Assembly (NCBI RefSeq): GCF_000711695.1
Contig: NW_013547013.1
Span: 62,001-126,000, forward strand
DNA: 64,000 nt
From: Tilletiaria anomala UBC 951
Taxonomy: Eukaryota
Direction of reading: 5' to 3'
In this document: positions 28,333 to 39,871 of the stretch, in pieces
Position numbering within the stretch: position 1 is the stretch's first letter
Layout of the letters: each line of letters starts with the position of its first letter
Position numbers and translations under genes: made by a program
The notes under the pieces: generated by a model
Told to the model about the DNA's origin: nothing
What the model saw: only the letters and a program-made list of their open reading frames with translations
The model's database searches: none

Positions 28333-29469
28333 ATGCATGCTTTCCACAAATCTTTGGGGCACAACAGCGTTTTCGCAGCTCTGCTTCTTCATTCACGCGC
28401 ATGCATGAAGGACTCGGGAGACAAGCGTTGGCCCTCTTGAATCCGGCTCAGTGCAATGCAAGCGCGGAGGAATGGAAGCATGGAAGTTGATGGCTCGCGC
28501 ACGTGATCGTGTCTGTGTTTGGATGAAAAGTTGTAGGCGAGTATTGGAGAAACAAGAGAAAGAAGAAGGACAGGCGGACAAATACAGAATGGAATAGCGG
28601 AGGACAGGATCAAGAGACAACGCTGGGGGAGAAGAGGGAATCGGGGAAGGAAGAATATGGGCGAAAGTGCGAAGGGGATCCTTGTGGCGCGACACATGAC
28701 AGCGTTGTCAGCGTTACGCGCGTATCAGACGGTGTAGAAGCTGGATGGCAATGGTGCGTGCCGAGTCGTCTGGGCGGCCTAAACGACTTGGTTCGCACTG
28801 CTCAAATGCGAGACTTGGACGTGAGGAAAGGAAGAGCAGCGCGCATTCCATGCGAGAATGGGCGAGCGTGGGCACGGATGCGAACGCGGCGCAGCAGCAA
28901 GCGGCAGGCGGTCGCAGCAGGGAGCCTCCAAAGCGCTTGTACCCTTGTTATCGCCTCGCATGACATCGGCGTCACATAGTGGCTGCAGCCACCGGCCACC
29001 TCTCGCTCTTTCTCATCGCCGCTGAACGAACTTATTTTATTGCGGCGTCACAGCCCTCTGCAGGAGAAGCGCATGAAAAGCGGAAGAAAGCTCGTTGCCA
29101 GAAAAGAATTCAATGATGCGTTTGTGTGATCGTTGTTCATGAGTGCGCCTCCCGCGTCCATGGCTATTACCATTGGCGCTACAGCCACTACGACTCTTGT
29201 CCTCGTGATACGTCCGATCAAAATGATTCATGAAAAAACCCCTCCCGCTCTACACGACCTCGGCCCAAATCTCCCGCTTTCCTTCATTTGCAGTGAGCAT
29301 ACACGGGCGGACCGCTGCTTTCTCATCGTTCTTGTAACCGTCCTCGGGCTCCACCCCGCTGTTGAACGAGTGACGCAAGCAGGCCAAGCATGTTCGATGA
29401 AGCAGACGCACGGAGGCCTCCTCGTCCACTTCACTCTGCTCTGCTCCGTTTGACAGTCATGCGTACCAT

Positions 29470-30619
29470 TTACTGCGGAACAGCAGGGATGCTGCTGCTG
29501 CTCGTGCTACTGGTGGCCGGCGCAGTGGCAGCTGCGTGGCCCTGGAGGAAGATGGGCCGGATGGCCTTGTGGTAGACTAGCTTTGCGCCCTGGGTCTGGG
29601 GGAGCATGAGCCAGACGATGGCGAGGGTCTTGAAGGTGTAGTAGAATGGGAACCAGTAGAGGACAATTTCGACGAACGTCTCGATGAAAGTGAAGAAGCC
29701 GTAGACGACCCAGTAGGTCAGCCTGAATAAGGTTCATGCGGCGAGGAAGGCAGATCTTGTCAGGATACCGATTTCCGTCAAGGGCAAAGCGATGAGGCTC
29801 TGTATTTCGAGATTGGACGCACCATTGGACATCATCTTGGGGCTGCGGAGTCTCAAGGGCCCTCATGGAGAAGTAGGCCGGAAGGAAGAAGCCAACCAGG
29901 TTGGTCAGGAAGCCAGCGAAGCTGAAAAGGGGAAAGGAGAAAGCAGCCTGCAAGTCAGCCTATTTCTGACTGCGCCGAAGTACGGCTCTCGCGCGGGAGA
30001 GGGAGCGAGGACACCTACACATTGAAGAAGACAAGCTATGCCAGGGATTTTGTTGTAGTTGTAGTGAGAAAGATAGATGGAGTCAGCCATCCCGCCTTGT
30101 CTCAAGGGTGTTGGCTGAGCCGACAATGGCGCCGCGGGGACGGCGTTGACTCACCAGAGTGAAGAGCGAGAAAGCGCCAATGGCAGCATATGCCTTTGGC
30201 ACACCGGCGGTCTGCTCGAGCTTGACGAGAGTAGGGTACCTTTGCAGCTATTGTCGAGCAATCATTCGATAAATAGTGGAGAAGCAAGAGTGCGGAAGTA
30301 GTGGACAAGCATGGGAGCGTTCACAAAGGGTCAGCGGAAAGGTGCTTGACCACACGAAGATTCGGGCGTGAAAGATGCCCACCTCTTTGTCGATCTGCGA
30401 AATAGAAAAACAGCCCGCAGCAGTGCAGAGGAGAGATGAAAGAAGCAAGAGGGGAAGGCGGACAGACCGGTTGTCAGTCAATATGCTTCTGCCGACATTC
30501 GCAGGCCTGCGTCGACGAGCGACGCACAGCGAGGCTCAGAGGAAGGGGGACCGGGAAGAGCTTACCTGAGCGACAAAGTAGTCTACCCGCTGTTGCACCT
30601 GCTGAAGTTGTGCGCTCAT
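29470..30619 (-). CDS. YOP1: ER-shaping protein Yop1 (TB2/DP1/HVA22, REEP), 6 exons including two microexons
   Basis: Spliced MSAQLQQVQQRVDYFVAQ|IDKE|LQRYPTLVKLEQTAGVPKAY...LTNLVGFFLPAYFSMRALETPQPQDDVQW|LTYWVVYGFF...WFPFYY...WLMLPQTQGA. Confidence 0.9.
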
Positions 30620-31470
30620 GATGACGACGGTGGGGAGTGTGATCGTTCTTGTTGCTGTAGGATGTACCGGTATCTGAACAAGGCGAGCCAATCTTCAACA
30701 AGCTGAGTGGTTGCTGAGTGGTGGATTGATATCAGAGAGAGAAGGGAGAGAAGGGGGGAGAAAGAGAGGCGAGTCGAGACGCGCGACCGCTCCGCTGGCT
30801 CAAAGAGGAAGGGGGCGGCGGTGGTGAGGTGGCGTGTGCGCAGAGCACGACGGCTGTGTGTGAGTGTATGTGTATCACTGTATAATGTGAAGGAAGTTCA
30901 GTTCAGTTTCGGACTGCAGTTGCTCTTGGGTTGAGAGCCTGGGGATAAGCGCCGCGCCGCGCAGCTGGCGGGCTCTTGATACCTTTCTCTCGGGGAGCAG
31001 CCAGCCGAGCAGCACTGCAGCAGTCTCCGTGCGCTGTGATTCTCGTCGCCGGGACATTGAAGCGCGTCTCGTGGTGACTCGCATCCAGTGCACAGGCCCG
31101 CCTTTCCTTCACTGTAAAAGGCTCCAACCGAATGACCAGCTACCACGATTTGGAAGAGTAGGGTTGCAGACCAGGGGAGTCCCGCTTCGCCTCTTAACAG
31201 CTCAGCGGCTTAAGCCGCAGAACAGGCGACACGGTGCGAAAGGCAATTTCCAATCATGGCAGCACAGGGGCAGTGTCTTTCTGCTGCCTCTTTCTCCCTT
31301 TAACTCCACGCGGCAGGCGCGGCACTTCCTCCGCCCTATTTTTTTTTTTCCTCCCATACCCCTTCTCGTCCCAATCGCCTCTCGCATCCTCTCCTCTCTT
31401 TTCCCTCTCTCCTCCTCTTTAAAACCCATACTTCTTCCATCATCTGCAAGGCTTCTTGAACGTCTCTCTT
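30620..31470. promoter_or_regulatory. Divergent YOP1/PAB1 promoter with opposite-strand pyrimidine tracts
   Basis: GA-rich 30735-30770 (CT-rich on the YOP1 strand) and CT-rich 31330-31470 (PAB1 strand) flank a GC-rich core. Confidence 0.5.
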
Positions 31471-31526
31471 GTGCCCTTGTGCAAGAAGACTAGATCTCTG
31501 GATCAAAGCCTTTTGATATCAAAAAA

Positions 31527-31713
31527 GTGAGTCGTGTCGCCACGAGGCTGAATGCGTGCTTCCTGTGCTGGAAGCTGTGCGTTGCGGTCCGCACTTCGCG
31601 GCCCCTCGCCAAACGTACATCATAACATCAGAAGCTAACCTCCTTGCTTTCCTCTTGCATCCGCGCATCATCCTATTTGATCCATCTGCTCCCATCAACG
31701 ACAACTCCTGCAG
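31527..31713 (+). other. 5'UTR intron of PAB1
   Basis: GTGAGT donor at 31527, GCTAAC branch and CAG acceptor at 31711-31713, downstream of a CT-rich leader (about 31330-31470). Confidence 0.6.
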
Positions 31714-31984
31714 AGCCCAAAAAAAGTTCAAAAAGACAAAAAGCTTCACGAGAAAACATAACAGAAAAACCGACTCAAGGTCAACTGTCACACTCGAGTC
31801 GAAAAACGTAATCGGCCGTTTGCTGCCTTTCCATCGTCAAGTTCAGAAGAAGCAGTAGACAAAGACTACTGCTTTTCGCGCAAATTCTCCTCGCTACAGT
31901 GCAGAAGAGATTTTGAACTTTCCCCGCTCATCTCTCCCGCTGTCACATCCTCTACCAAGAAAAGCAAAACCCCCATTTTTCAAA

Positions 31985-34155
31985 ATGTCTTCCACCACCG
32001 CCGAGGATCAGAAGCCCGTTGTCAACGGCGCTGCAGATGCTTCTGCATCCACTGACAACACCGCCACCGAGCAGCAGGCTGCTGATGGCGTCGCCAAGAC
32101 CGAGACGGCTGCCCCTGCTGCCAACGGCAAGTCGAGCGATGCACCGGCTGCATCCTCCACGCAAGCCAGCGGCGGCTCTGCCCCCGCTCCCTCGAGCAGT
32201 AGCAGTGCTCAGCAGCAGGCTTCGGGAAACACGACCTCGCTCTACGTGGGTGAGCTCGACTCGAACATTACCGAGGCCATGCTGTTCGAAATCTTCAACA
32301 TGATCGGGCCCGTTGCCAGCATCCGCGTCTGCCGTGACGCGGTGACGCGCCGCTCGCTCGGCTACGCCTACGTCAACTTCATTAGCGCCAGCGATGGCGA
32401 GAAGGCTCTGGAGCAGCTCAACTACTCCCTCATCCGTGGCCGCCCTTGCCGCATCATGTTCTCCCAGCGTGACCCAGCGCTGCGCAGGACAGGACAGGGC
32501 AACATCTTCATCAAGAACCTCGACGAGGCCATCGACAACAAGGCACTCCACGACACCTTTGCCGCCTTTGGCAAGATTCTCTCGTGCAAGGTCGCCATCG
32601 GCGAGAACGGCTCCCTCGGATACGGTTTTGTCCACTACGAGACCGCCGAGGCCGCCGATGCTGCCATTCAGCACGTCAATGGCATGCTGCTGAATGACAA
32701 GAAGGTCTACGTCGGCCATCACATGCCCAAGAAGGAGCGGTTGGCCAAGATCGAAGAGGCCAGGTCTCGCTTCACCAATGTCTACGTCAAGAACGTCGAG
32801 CTGACAGTGACGCAGGAGCAGTTTGAGGAGCTCTTCAAAAAGTATGGCGAGATCACGTCAATCATCCTGGCTCATGACGACGATGGAAAGAGCAAAGGCT
32901 TCGGGTTTGTCAACTACGTCGATCACGATGCTGCGCAGAAGGCCGTCGACGAGCTCAACGACTCGGACTTCAACGGCCAGAAGCTCTTCGTTGCGCGTGC
33001 GCAGAAGAAAGGTGAGCGTGAGCAGGAGCTGCGCCGCTCGTACGAGGCAGCCAAGAACGAGAGGCTGTCGCAGTACCAAGGTACGAACCTCTACCTCAAG
33101 AACATTCCCGAGGAGTTTGACGATGAGCGTCTGCGCGAGGAGTTTGCACCGTTTGGCACTATCACCAGCGCCAAGGTTATGCGCTCATCCAACGGCGTCT
33201 CGCGCGGCTTTGGCTTCGTGTGCTACTCTGCCCCCGACGAGGCCAACAAGGCAGTCACCGAGATGAACGGCAAGATGTTGGACAACAAGCCGCTGTACGT
33301 CGCGCTCGCGCAGCGCAAGGATGTCCGCCGCCAGCAGCTTGAGGCACAGATGATGCAGCGCAACCAGCTCCGTCTGCAGCAGCAGGCGACGCAGGGCATG
33401 GCCTACGGCACTACACCGGGCATGTACTACACTCAGCCCTTCCCCGGCCAGCCCGGCCCCGGAGGCATGCCCGGTCGCCCGCGCTACGCCCCTGCCGGTA
33501 TGATGCCGCAGGGCATGCCCATGGCCGGCCCCTATGGTCAGCCCGCGCCTGGCCAGTTCCCCGGCGCCGTCATGCCGCAGGGCTACGGCCGCCCACCGCG
33601 CCCCCCCCGCGGTGCCGCTGGTCCCAGCGGCGCCCCGCCCGGCGCGCGCCCCGTCAACGGCGCTGCTGGCGCTGGTGCGCGTCCGCCCATGCCCGGCCAG
33701 CTGCCGCGCCCTGGCGGTCCTGGCGCTCGCCCCGCTGGCCGCGCAGCAGGTGCTGCGTCGGGCGCTGCTGGTGCATCTGCCCCTGCCACAGGCCCCGCGG
33801 TGCTCAACCCCGCTGCACTCGCCAGCGCTGGGCCTGAGGAGCAGAAGCAGATCCTCGGAGAGGCGATCTACCCCCAGATTCAGGCTACGCAGGGAGACCT
33901 TGCTGGCAAACTTACGGGTATGATCCTCGAGCTTCCCGTCAGCGAGCTTCTGCACCTACTGGAGGACAAGGCTGCGCTCGACAGCAAGGTGCGTTCAGAG
34001 CTTATCGCCGCGTTATTGTTTCTTTGCTTTGTGCAGGCGTTTGACTCTCCTTTTACATATTTACGCTCTTACAGGTCGATGAGGCGCTCCACGTCCTGCG
34101 CGAGTTCGAGCAGTCCGAGACGGCCCCCGCTGCCGCAGAGCCCACCGCTGCTTGA
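31985..34155 (+). CDS. PAB1: Polyadenylate-binding protein (4 RRM + MLLE); intron 33989-34074
   Basis: SLYVGEL, RVCRDAVTRRSLGYAYVNF, GNIFIKNLD, KGFGFVNY and RGFGFVCY; MLLE domain QKQILGEAIYP...GKLTGMILE. Confidence 0.97.
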
Positions 34156-35199
34156 GAGCAAGTGGGTTTGCAATAGTCCGGTGCGATAGATCCACCACCT
34201 TCTATGCACTTTAGGCTCTCCCCGTCACACTTCTAGCCATAGGCTCTTTCACGGCTTGGTTTTCAACGGCTTTGTACTACTGGTTCCACCTGCTTTCTTC
34301 GTACTTATGAAATGGCAATGGCGATTACTTCACAGCACTTTACACTCGATACCACGCACATTCTGCTCGATCTGCTGCTGTGTGCTATGCATATCTCCTT
34401 GTGTACCGCTACTCTTTCCGAGAGGCTACGCTTGGCTAGCGACCATCAGTCCGTGCTGCAAGCTATATGCAAACCTGTGCTTCATGAACGATTTGGACTG
34501 ATGCGCGCATCTCAAGCTTGGGCATTATAAGAGCACATCCTTTGACTTACATGTCCACTCCCCGGCCGTGCGTATTTAGCGCTGAAGATGCTGCAGTGAC
34601 CATGGAGCCAGCTGCCATGCCAGACTTCCAGCGTGGGTCAAGTGAGTGTTATACACATAGAATGTGGTAGAGGGATGAGGGAGCGAAAAATGTGGTCACG
34701 TGCAAAATAAAGTCAGTGCAGAGACCCCTGACCGCGCTGACGACCCGCTGCCGCCGCTGGTGTTGTCAACTGATCCGATGAGGGAGGAATGGAGCGCTCC
34801 ATCGCCCGCAAGTCTCGACCGCGGGGTGCGAGTGAGGTCCATTTTCCGACGTGCGCTCATACATTGCCTCCCTGCAAAGTCGATGCATCTCAGCTGCGTC
34901 CATCTGATTAAGCGGCGGTCTGCGACTTTGCATGTTCTGGGCCTGCACACTTGAACTAGCGTAGCAGGGGCCAGCGATAGAGAGAGATAGATAAAGCCTG
35001 TTTTGTTCTGGGCGAGAGGCGAACGAGAGGTGCAAGTTTGCCAGGTCTTGTCTCGTCATTCACAAGCTCAATCGGTTGCTAGCTTGCCGCCGCCTTGCCC
35101 CAAGCAACACCCTCCAACCAACTTGCATACCTGTTCAAAGCTCAATCGAGCATTTCTTAGGTGTAAGAAACAACGGAGAAGGGGACACATCGAGGCATC

Positions 35200-37203
35200 A
35201 TGGGCAACATTTGCAGCAGCTGCTGTGAGTCGCATGGTTGTTTATGCTTGATTTTTTTATTACGATGCGTTTGAACTCAAGAGCGATTTGCTTTCTTACA
35301 TCGCTTTAGGCGGTCGCTCCCGGAGCGCTTCGTACGAGCCATTGCTGTTGGACAACGAGCGTGATGCTGTAGCAGACCTGCTGCAGTACCTCGAGAGTGA
35401 GTGGACGAGTCACCATGTTGCTCAGGGATGAGCAGCGCGCTCATGATTACCTGGGCATTCGTGCTCTTCAACACTCATTGCAGACCGATCGGAGACCAAC
35501 TTCTTCGCTGGCGATCCGCTGCGTTCGCTGTCCACGCTCTCATTCAGCGACAATGTCGACCTGCAACGCAGCGCCGCATTGGCATTTGCAGAAATTACAG
35601 AAAAGGAGGTGCGGGAAGTCGGAAGGGACACACTCGAACCGATCATGTTCCTGCTGCAAAGCCATGATGTCGAGGTGCAGCGCGCTGCTAGTGCTGCTTT
35701 GGGAAACCTAGCTGTGAACGGTGCGTAGTCGACCTGGCTACAGATTCCATTTGCACAAAGGCTGATTGTGCATGTCGTTCCATAATGTTACAGCCGAGAA
35801 CAAGCTGCTCATCGTCAAGCTTGGCGGGCTGGAGCCTCTCATCCGTCAGATGCTGAGTCCGAACGTTGAGGTCCAATGCAACGCTGTTGGATGCATCACC
35901 AACTTGGCAACGCATGGTGAGTCGCGTGCCACTGTTGCGGCACACCCGATCGATGTTTCTGACGAGAGTCGATTGGTCTACAGATGACAACAAGACCAAG
36001 ATCGCCAAGTCAGGCGCGTTGGTCCCCTTGACACGGCTCGCCCGATCAAAGGATATGCGTGTGCAAAGGAACGCTACCGGGGCTCTACTCAACATGACTC
36101 ACAGCGATGAGAACCGGCAGCAACTGGTCAACGCAGGTGCGATTCCCGTTCTTGTCGGCTTGCTCAGCAGCTCAGATACAGACGTGCAGTACTACTGCAC
36201 CACAGCGCTGAGCAACATCGCCGTCGATGCAGTCAACCGCAAGAAGCTGGCGCAGACAGAGCCACGTCTGGTGCAAAACCTCATCGGCTTGATGGAGAGC
36301 TCCAGCTTGAAGGTCCAGTGCCAGTCGGCGCTAGCATTGCGGAATCTAGCAAGCGATGAAAAGTATCAGATCGAGATCGTGCGATCGAACGGTTTGCCGC
36401 CACTTCTGCGACTCCTGCGATCGTCCTTCCTGCCCCTCATTCTGTCTGCTGCCGCCTGTGTCCGCAACGTCTCCATCCACCCTCTGAACGAAAGCCCGAT
36501 CATCGAGGCCGGCTTCCTGCACCCCCTGATTGACCTCCTCAGCCATGAAGACAACGAGGAGATACAATGCCACGCCATCAGCACGCTTAGGAATCTGGCA
36601 GCCAGCAGCGAGCGGAACAAGAGCGCTATTGTGGAGGCCGGCGCCGTCGAGCGGATCAAGGAGCTGGTGCTCTCCGTACCGCTAAGCGTGCAAAGCGAGA
36701 TGACCGCTTGCGCGGCCGTGCTTGCGCTGTCGGAGGACCTGAAACCGCAGCTGCTCGAGATGGGCATCTGCGAGGTGCTCATCCCACTCACTGCGTCGCC
36801 CTCTGTCGAGGTGCAGGGAAACTCGGCAGCAGCGTTGGGCAACTTGTCGAGCAAGTCGGAAGACTACGCACCCTTCAACGCCGTCTGGTCGCAGCCTGAA
36901 GGCGGTTTGCACCAGTACCTCGTGCGTTTCCTCGAATCGCAGGATAGCACGTTCCAGCATATTGCCGTGTGGACGATCGTCCAGCTGCTCGAGTCGAACG
37001 ACGCGCAGCTCGAAGAGAACATCCGAAGCAGCCAAGAGCTCCTGCCGCTCATTCACCGTCTCGCCGTTGCCCAGCCGGAATCATCGCGACCGGCAAGCGA
37101 TGCCGGAGAGGGTAGCGACGATGGTCAGGGAGCCGAGGGAGAGATTTCGAGCTTGGCTCAGCGAATTGTCAGCATGCTGGAGGACGTACCAGCGGATTCA
37201 TGA
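35200..37203 (+). CDS. VAC8: Armadillo-repeat vacuolar protein Vac8, multi-exon
   Basis: Spliced N-terminus [13 protein letters not shown] (myristoylation/palmitoylation motif); ARM repeats [23 protein letters not shown] and [15 protein letters not shown]. Confidence 0.95.
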
Positions 37204-37529
37204 TCAAGCGCACGCTCACACGAACCGCGACGATGACAGTCTCGTGGGACGTGGGACAAAGACGACGACAGTGGGCCCACAGATACTGTGTTCACGCCTG
37301 GTGACGGGCCACACAAGCACGCGAGAGCTCATGATCGCCTTGGAACGGCTGCGCTATCGCAATAGGTCTTTTCAATGCCTACTAGTTTTTTCACCGCCGG
37401 TTTCGCCCGTTTCTTTTTCACATCTTCATGTAATATTCTCTTCTCCCATTTTCGTCATCGGGTCCCTCCCCATCGTATTGACTTATCTATGTTCTGCGGT
37501 GCAAGGTTTGATGCGGGATGGGAAGACAG

Positions 37530-37955
37530 CTATGACTTGAAATTGTAGACGAAAGCGTCTCGCACATGCGGCCGGGTGTTGTCCTAGTAGCATCAAGGGA
37601 GGCAGACAGTGTTCTTGCGTCAGTCTCTACTGCTGTGGTCGTCGCTGGAAAGGAGCGCGTGTGGCTTGTGCCGCCGACGCACAACGAAAGCGAGGTGTGC
37701 AGGGTCATTGGTCAGGTATTAGTCCCGGTCCTCTTCGCTCTCAAACTCTACTGCAACGGCATGGTCAAAGGCTTCGGCAGAGACTTTGAGTGATGTATTC
37801 TACAGTCCGTATTTGAGGCTCTGGATGTACGGCTTTCCGTCAGGGCGTTTGCACTTCGTCTTCAGGCTCTAGAAATCCTGCGCGGTCTTCTGCCGCTCCG
37901 AATCCGCGGTAGCGTCCGCAAAGGCAAGGACGACGATATGGATTACGGACAGCAT
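37530..37955 (-). pseudogene. Stress-responsive A/B barrel (Dabb) gene with three in-frame stops; intron 37682-37584
   Basis: Hand translation: MLSVIHIVVLAF...QDF*SLKTKCKRPDGKPYIQSLKYGL*NTS...FDHAVAVEFESEEDRD*YLTNDPAHLAFV|DNTRPHVRDAFVYNFKS*. Matches the fungal Dabb pattern (HIV..F, GKPYI, H...VEF..EDRDYY...DPAH..F). Confidence 0.82.
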
Positions 37956-38540
37956 CTATGACGTTTCGGTTCTTTGCTCGCTGGCAGCAGACGATGTAAA
38001 GCTCAAGCATGGATTGTACTAATGGCCCTAAACGGAGTATCAGCTTCGACGCTGCTGGGTTTTAGCGCGATGCTTGCACAGACTACGATGTTGGACGTTT
38101 GACGCGCTGATGACGGCGAGTCTACGCTGCACGATGAGTCGATGTGCTCCACGTAGGAATCCCAGCAGTTGCAGGTCTTCACTGGTGTAGCCAGCCAGCT
38201 ACTATGGGTGTGTGCCCCTTCAGCTCTCTCTAGCGGCAAGCCCACGCTCGGCATCTTCCTCTTCAGCTACTGTGGTTTTAGTTGCCGATCATTTTTTGTC
38301 GCCATCCGCCACAGCGAATTTTTCGTCCATGCCACAATGAATGGGTCGCAGCCTCGCAGGCACTAGACCGCAGGACCACCAGCTCGCCATGTCTCTGTGC
38401 GAACCCCATCCATGTACCTCATAATCAAAGTACTCCTTGCCTCCCATTCTGAATGGCACGGCTCGTATCTGACATCGCTTGATATACTCCATAGGCTGCG
38501 TGATCGCCACTGTGTGCCGAGTAAGCCTTTGATAAGAAAA

Positions 38541-39634
38541 ATGGCAGACGCAGGATTTACCCCAGTCTCTAGACGTAAAAGCAAAGGCAAGGGGAATCAA
38601 CCCTCCGCTTCGACCGAGAACCCCATCGCCAAGATCAAGAAGGGCAAAGCGGCGGAGAAGGTAGACGCCGAGCTACTCGATGAGCGGGATCACTTGGGAG
38701 CTGGTGCAGAAGAAGATGAGAAGGAGGATGGCAATGATGACGACCTGATGCTAGATGACGGCCTGGCTCACGCAAGCGCCAGTTCGTCAAGCGCTTCTGC
38801 AAGTGCAGTACAACCTCCAGCAGCATCAGCATCCTCAGCCCCGATTGCAGGAGACGGAGAGATGGATGTAGACGTGCCCAAATTCGCACCGATCAGCAAA
38901 GCTGCGCAGGCTGCCGCGACGCAGCAAGCACAAGTGACGAACGGGCAGTTGCGCAAGATACCTATCCCGCCTCATCGCATGACGCCGCTCAAGAACGACT
39001 GGGCCAAGATTTTCTCTCCGCTCGTCGAGATGGCCGGGCTGCAAGTTCGAATGAATGTCAAGCGCAGAATGGTCGAGATCAAGGCGTCGAAGCACACCAA
39101 GGAAGTCGGCATGCTGCAAAAGGGAGCCGATTTCGTCAAGGCGTTCGCGCTGGGCTTTGAGGCGGACGATGCCATCGCCTTGCTCCGAATGGACGACCTT
39201 TTCGTCGATACTTTTGAGATCAAGGACGTCAAGACGCTGCATGGAGATCATTTGGCCCGCGCCATCGGTCGTATCGCCGGCAAGGACGGGCGAACGAGGT
39301 TTGCGATTGAGAACGCCAGCAGGACGCGTGTCGTGCTTGCGGATACGTATGTGATTTCCTGGCCCAATCACTCCATGGAGGTGTGGAGGCTGACATGTAT
39401 TCCCTGATCCTCGATCGGACACCAGAAAAATCCACATTCTGGGATCTTTCCAAAACATCAAGATTGCCAGAGATGCAGTGGTCGCACTCATCATGGGTAG
39501 CCCGCCTGGCAAAGTGTACAACAACGTGAGTGCTTCCTATTTCGGCCGGAGTGGAATTGCCTTCCGCGCCTGACATTTTACGATTGCCAACGTAGCTCAA
39601 AGTCATCAGCGCCCGTCAGCGCCAGCGCGCTTGA
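38541..39634 (+). CDS. PNO1: Pre-rRNA processing KH-domain protein Pno1/Dim2, 3 exons
   Basis: RKIPIPPHRMTPLKNDW, LQKGADFVKAFALGF, HLARAIGRIAGKDG and KIHILGSFQNIKIARDA motifs. Confidence 0.95.
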
Positions 39635-39871
39635 AGCACTGCACGATAACCACTCCGCCTCATAGCACCATTATTTGTATCATACGCCAGCCATCTTCCA
39701 TTGACAGTATCCACGGATCCTATGAAGCTCAAGCATCTCAGACGGCCGACTTGCTCCAGCAAGCATCTGCATTTCATTGGACTAACAGACAAATAGCATA
39801 AAATTGAGAAGGGAAGAGCTGTGAATAAGAAATTGGACATCAGGGCATCCACCACCACCACATGGCAACAT

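Noticed and set aside
37719..37871. Stop-codon reassignment as an explanation for the Dabb stops
   Set aside because: TAG and TAA terminate conserved genes in this window at their expected ends (RPL3 TAG, RPS29 TAA).
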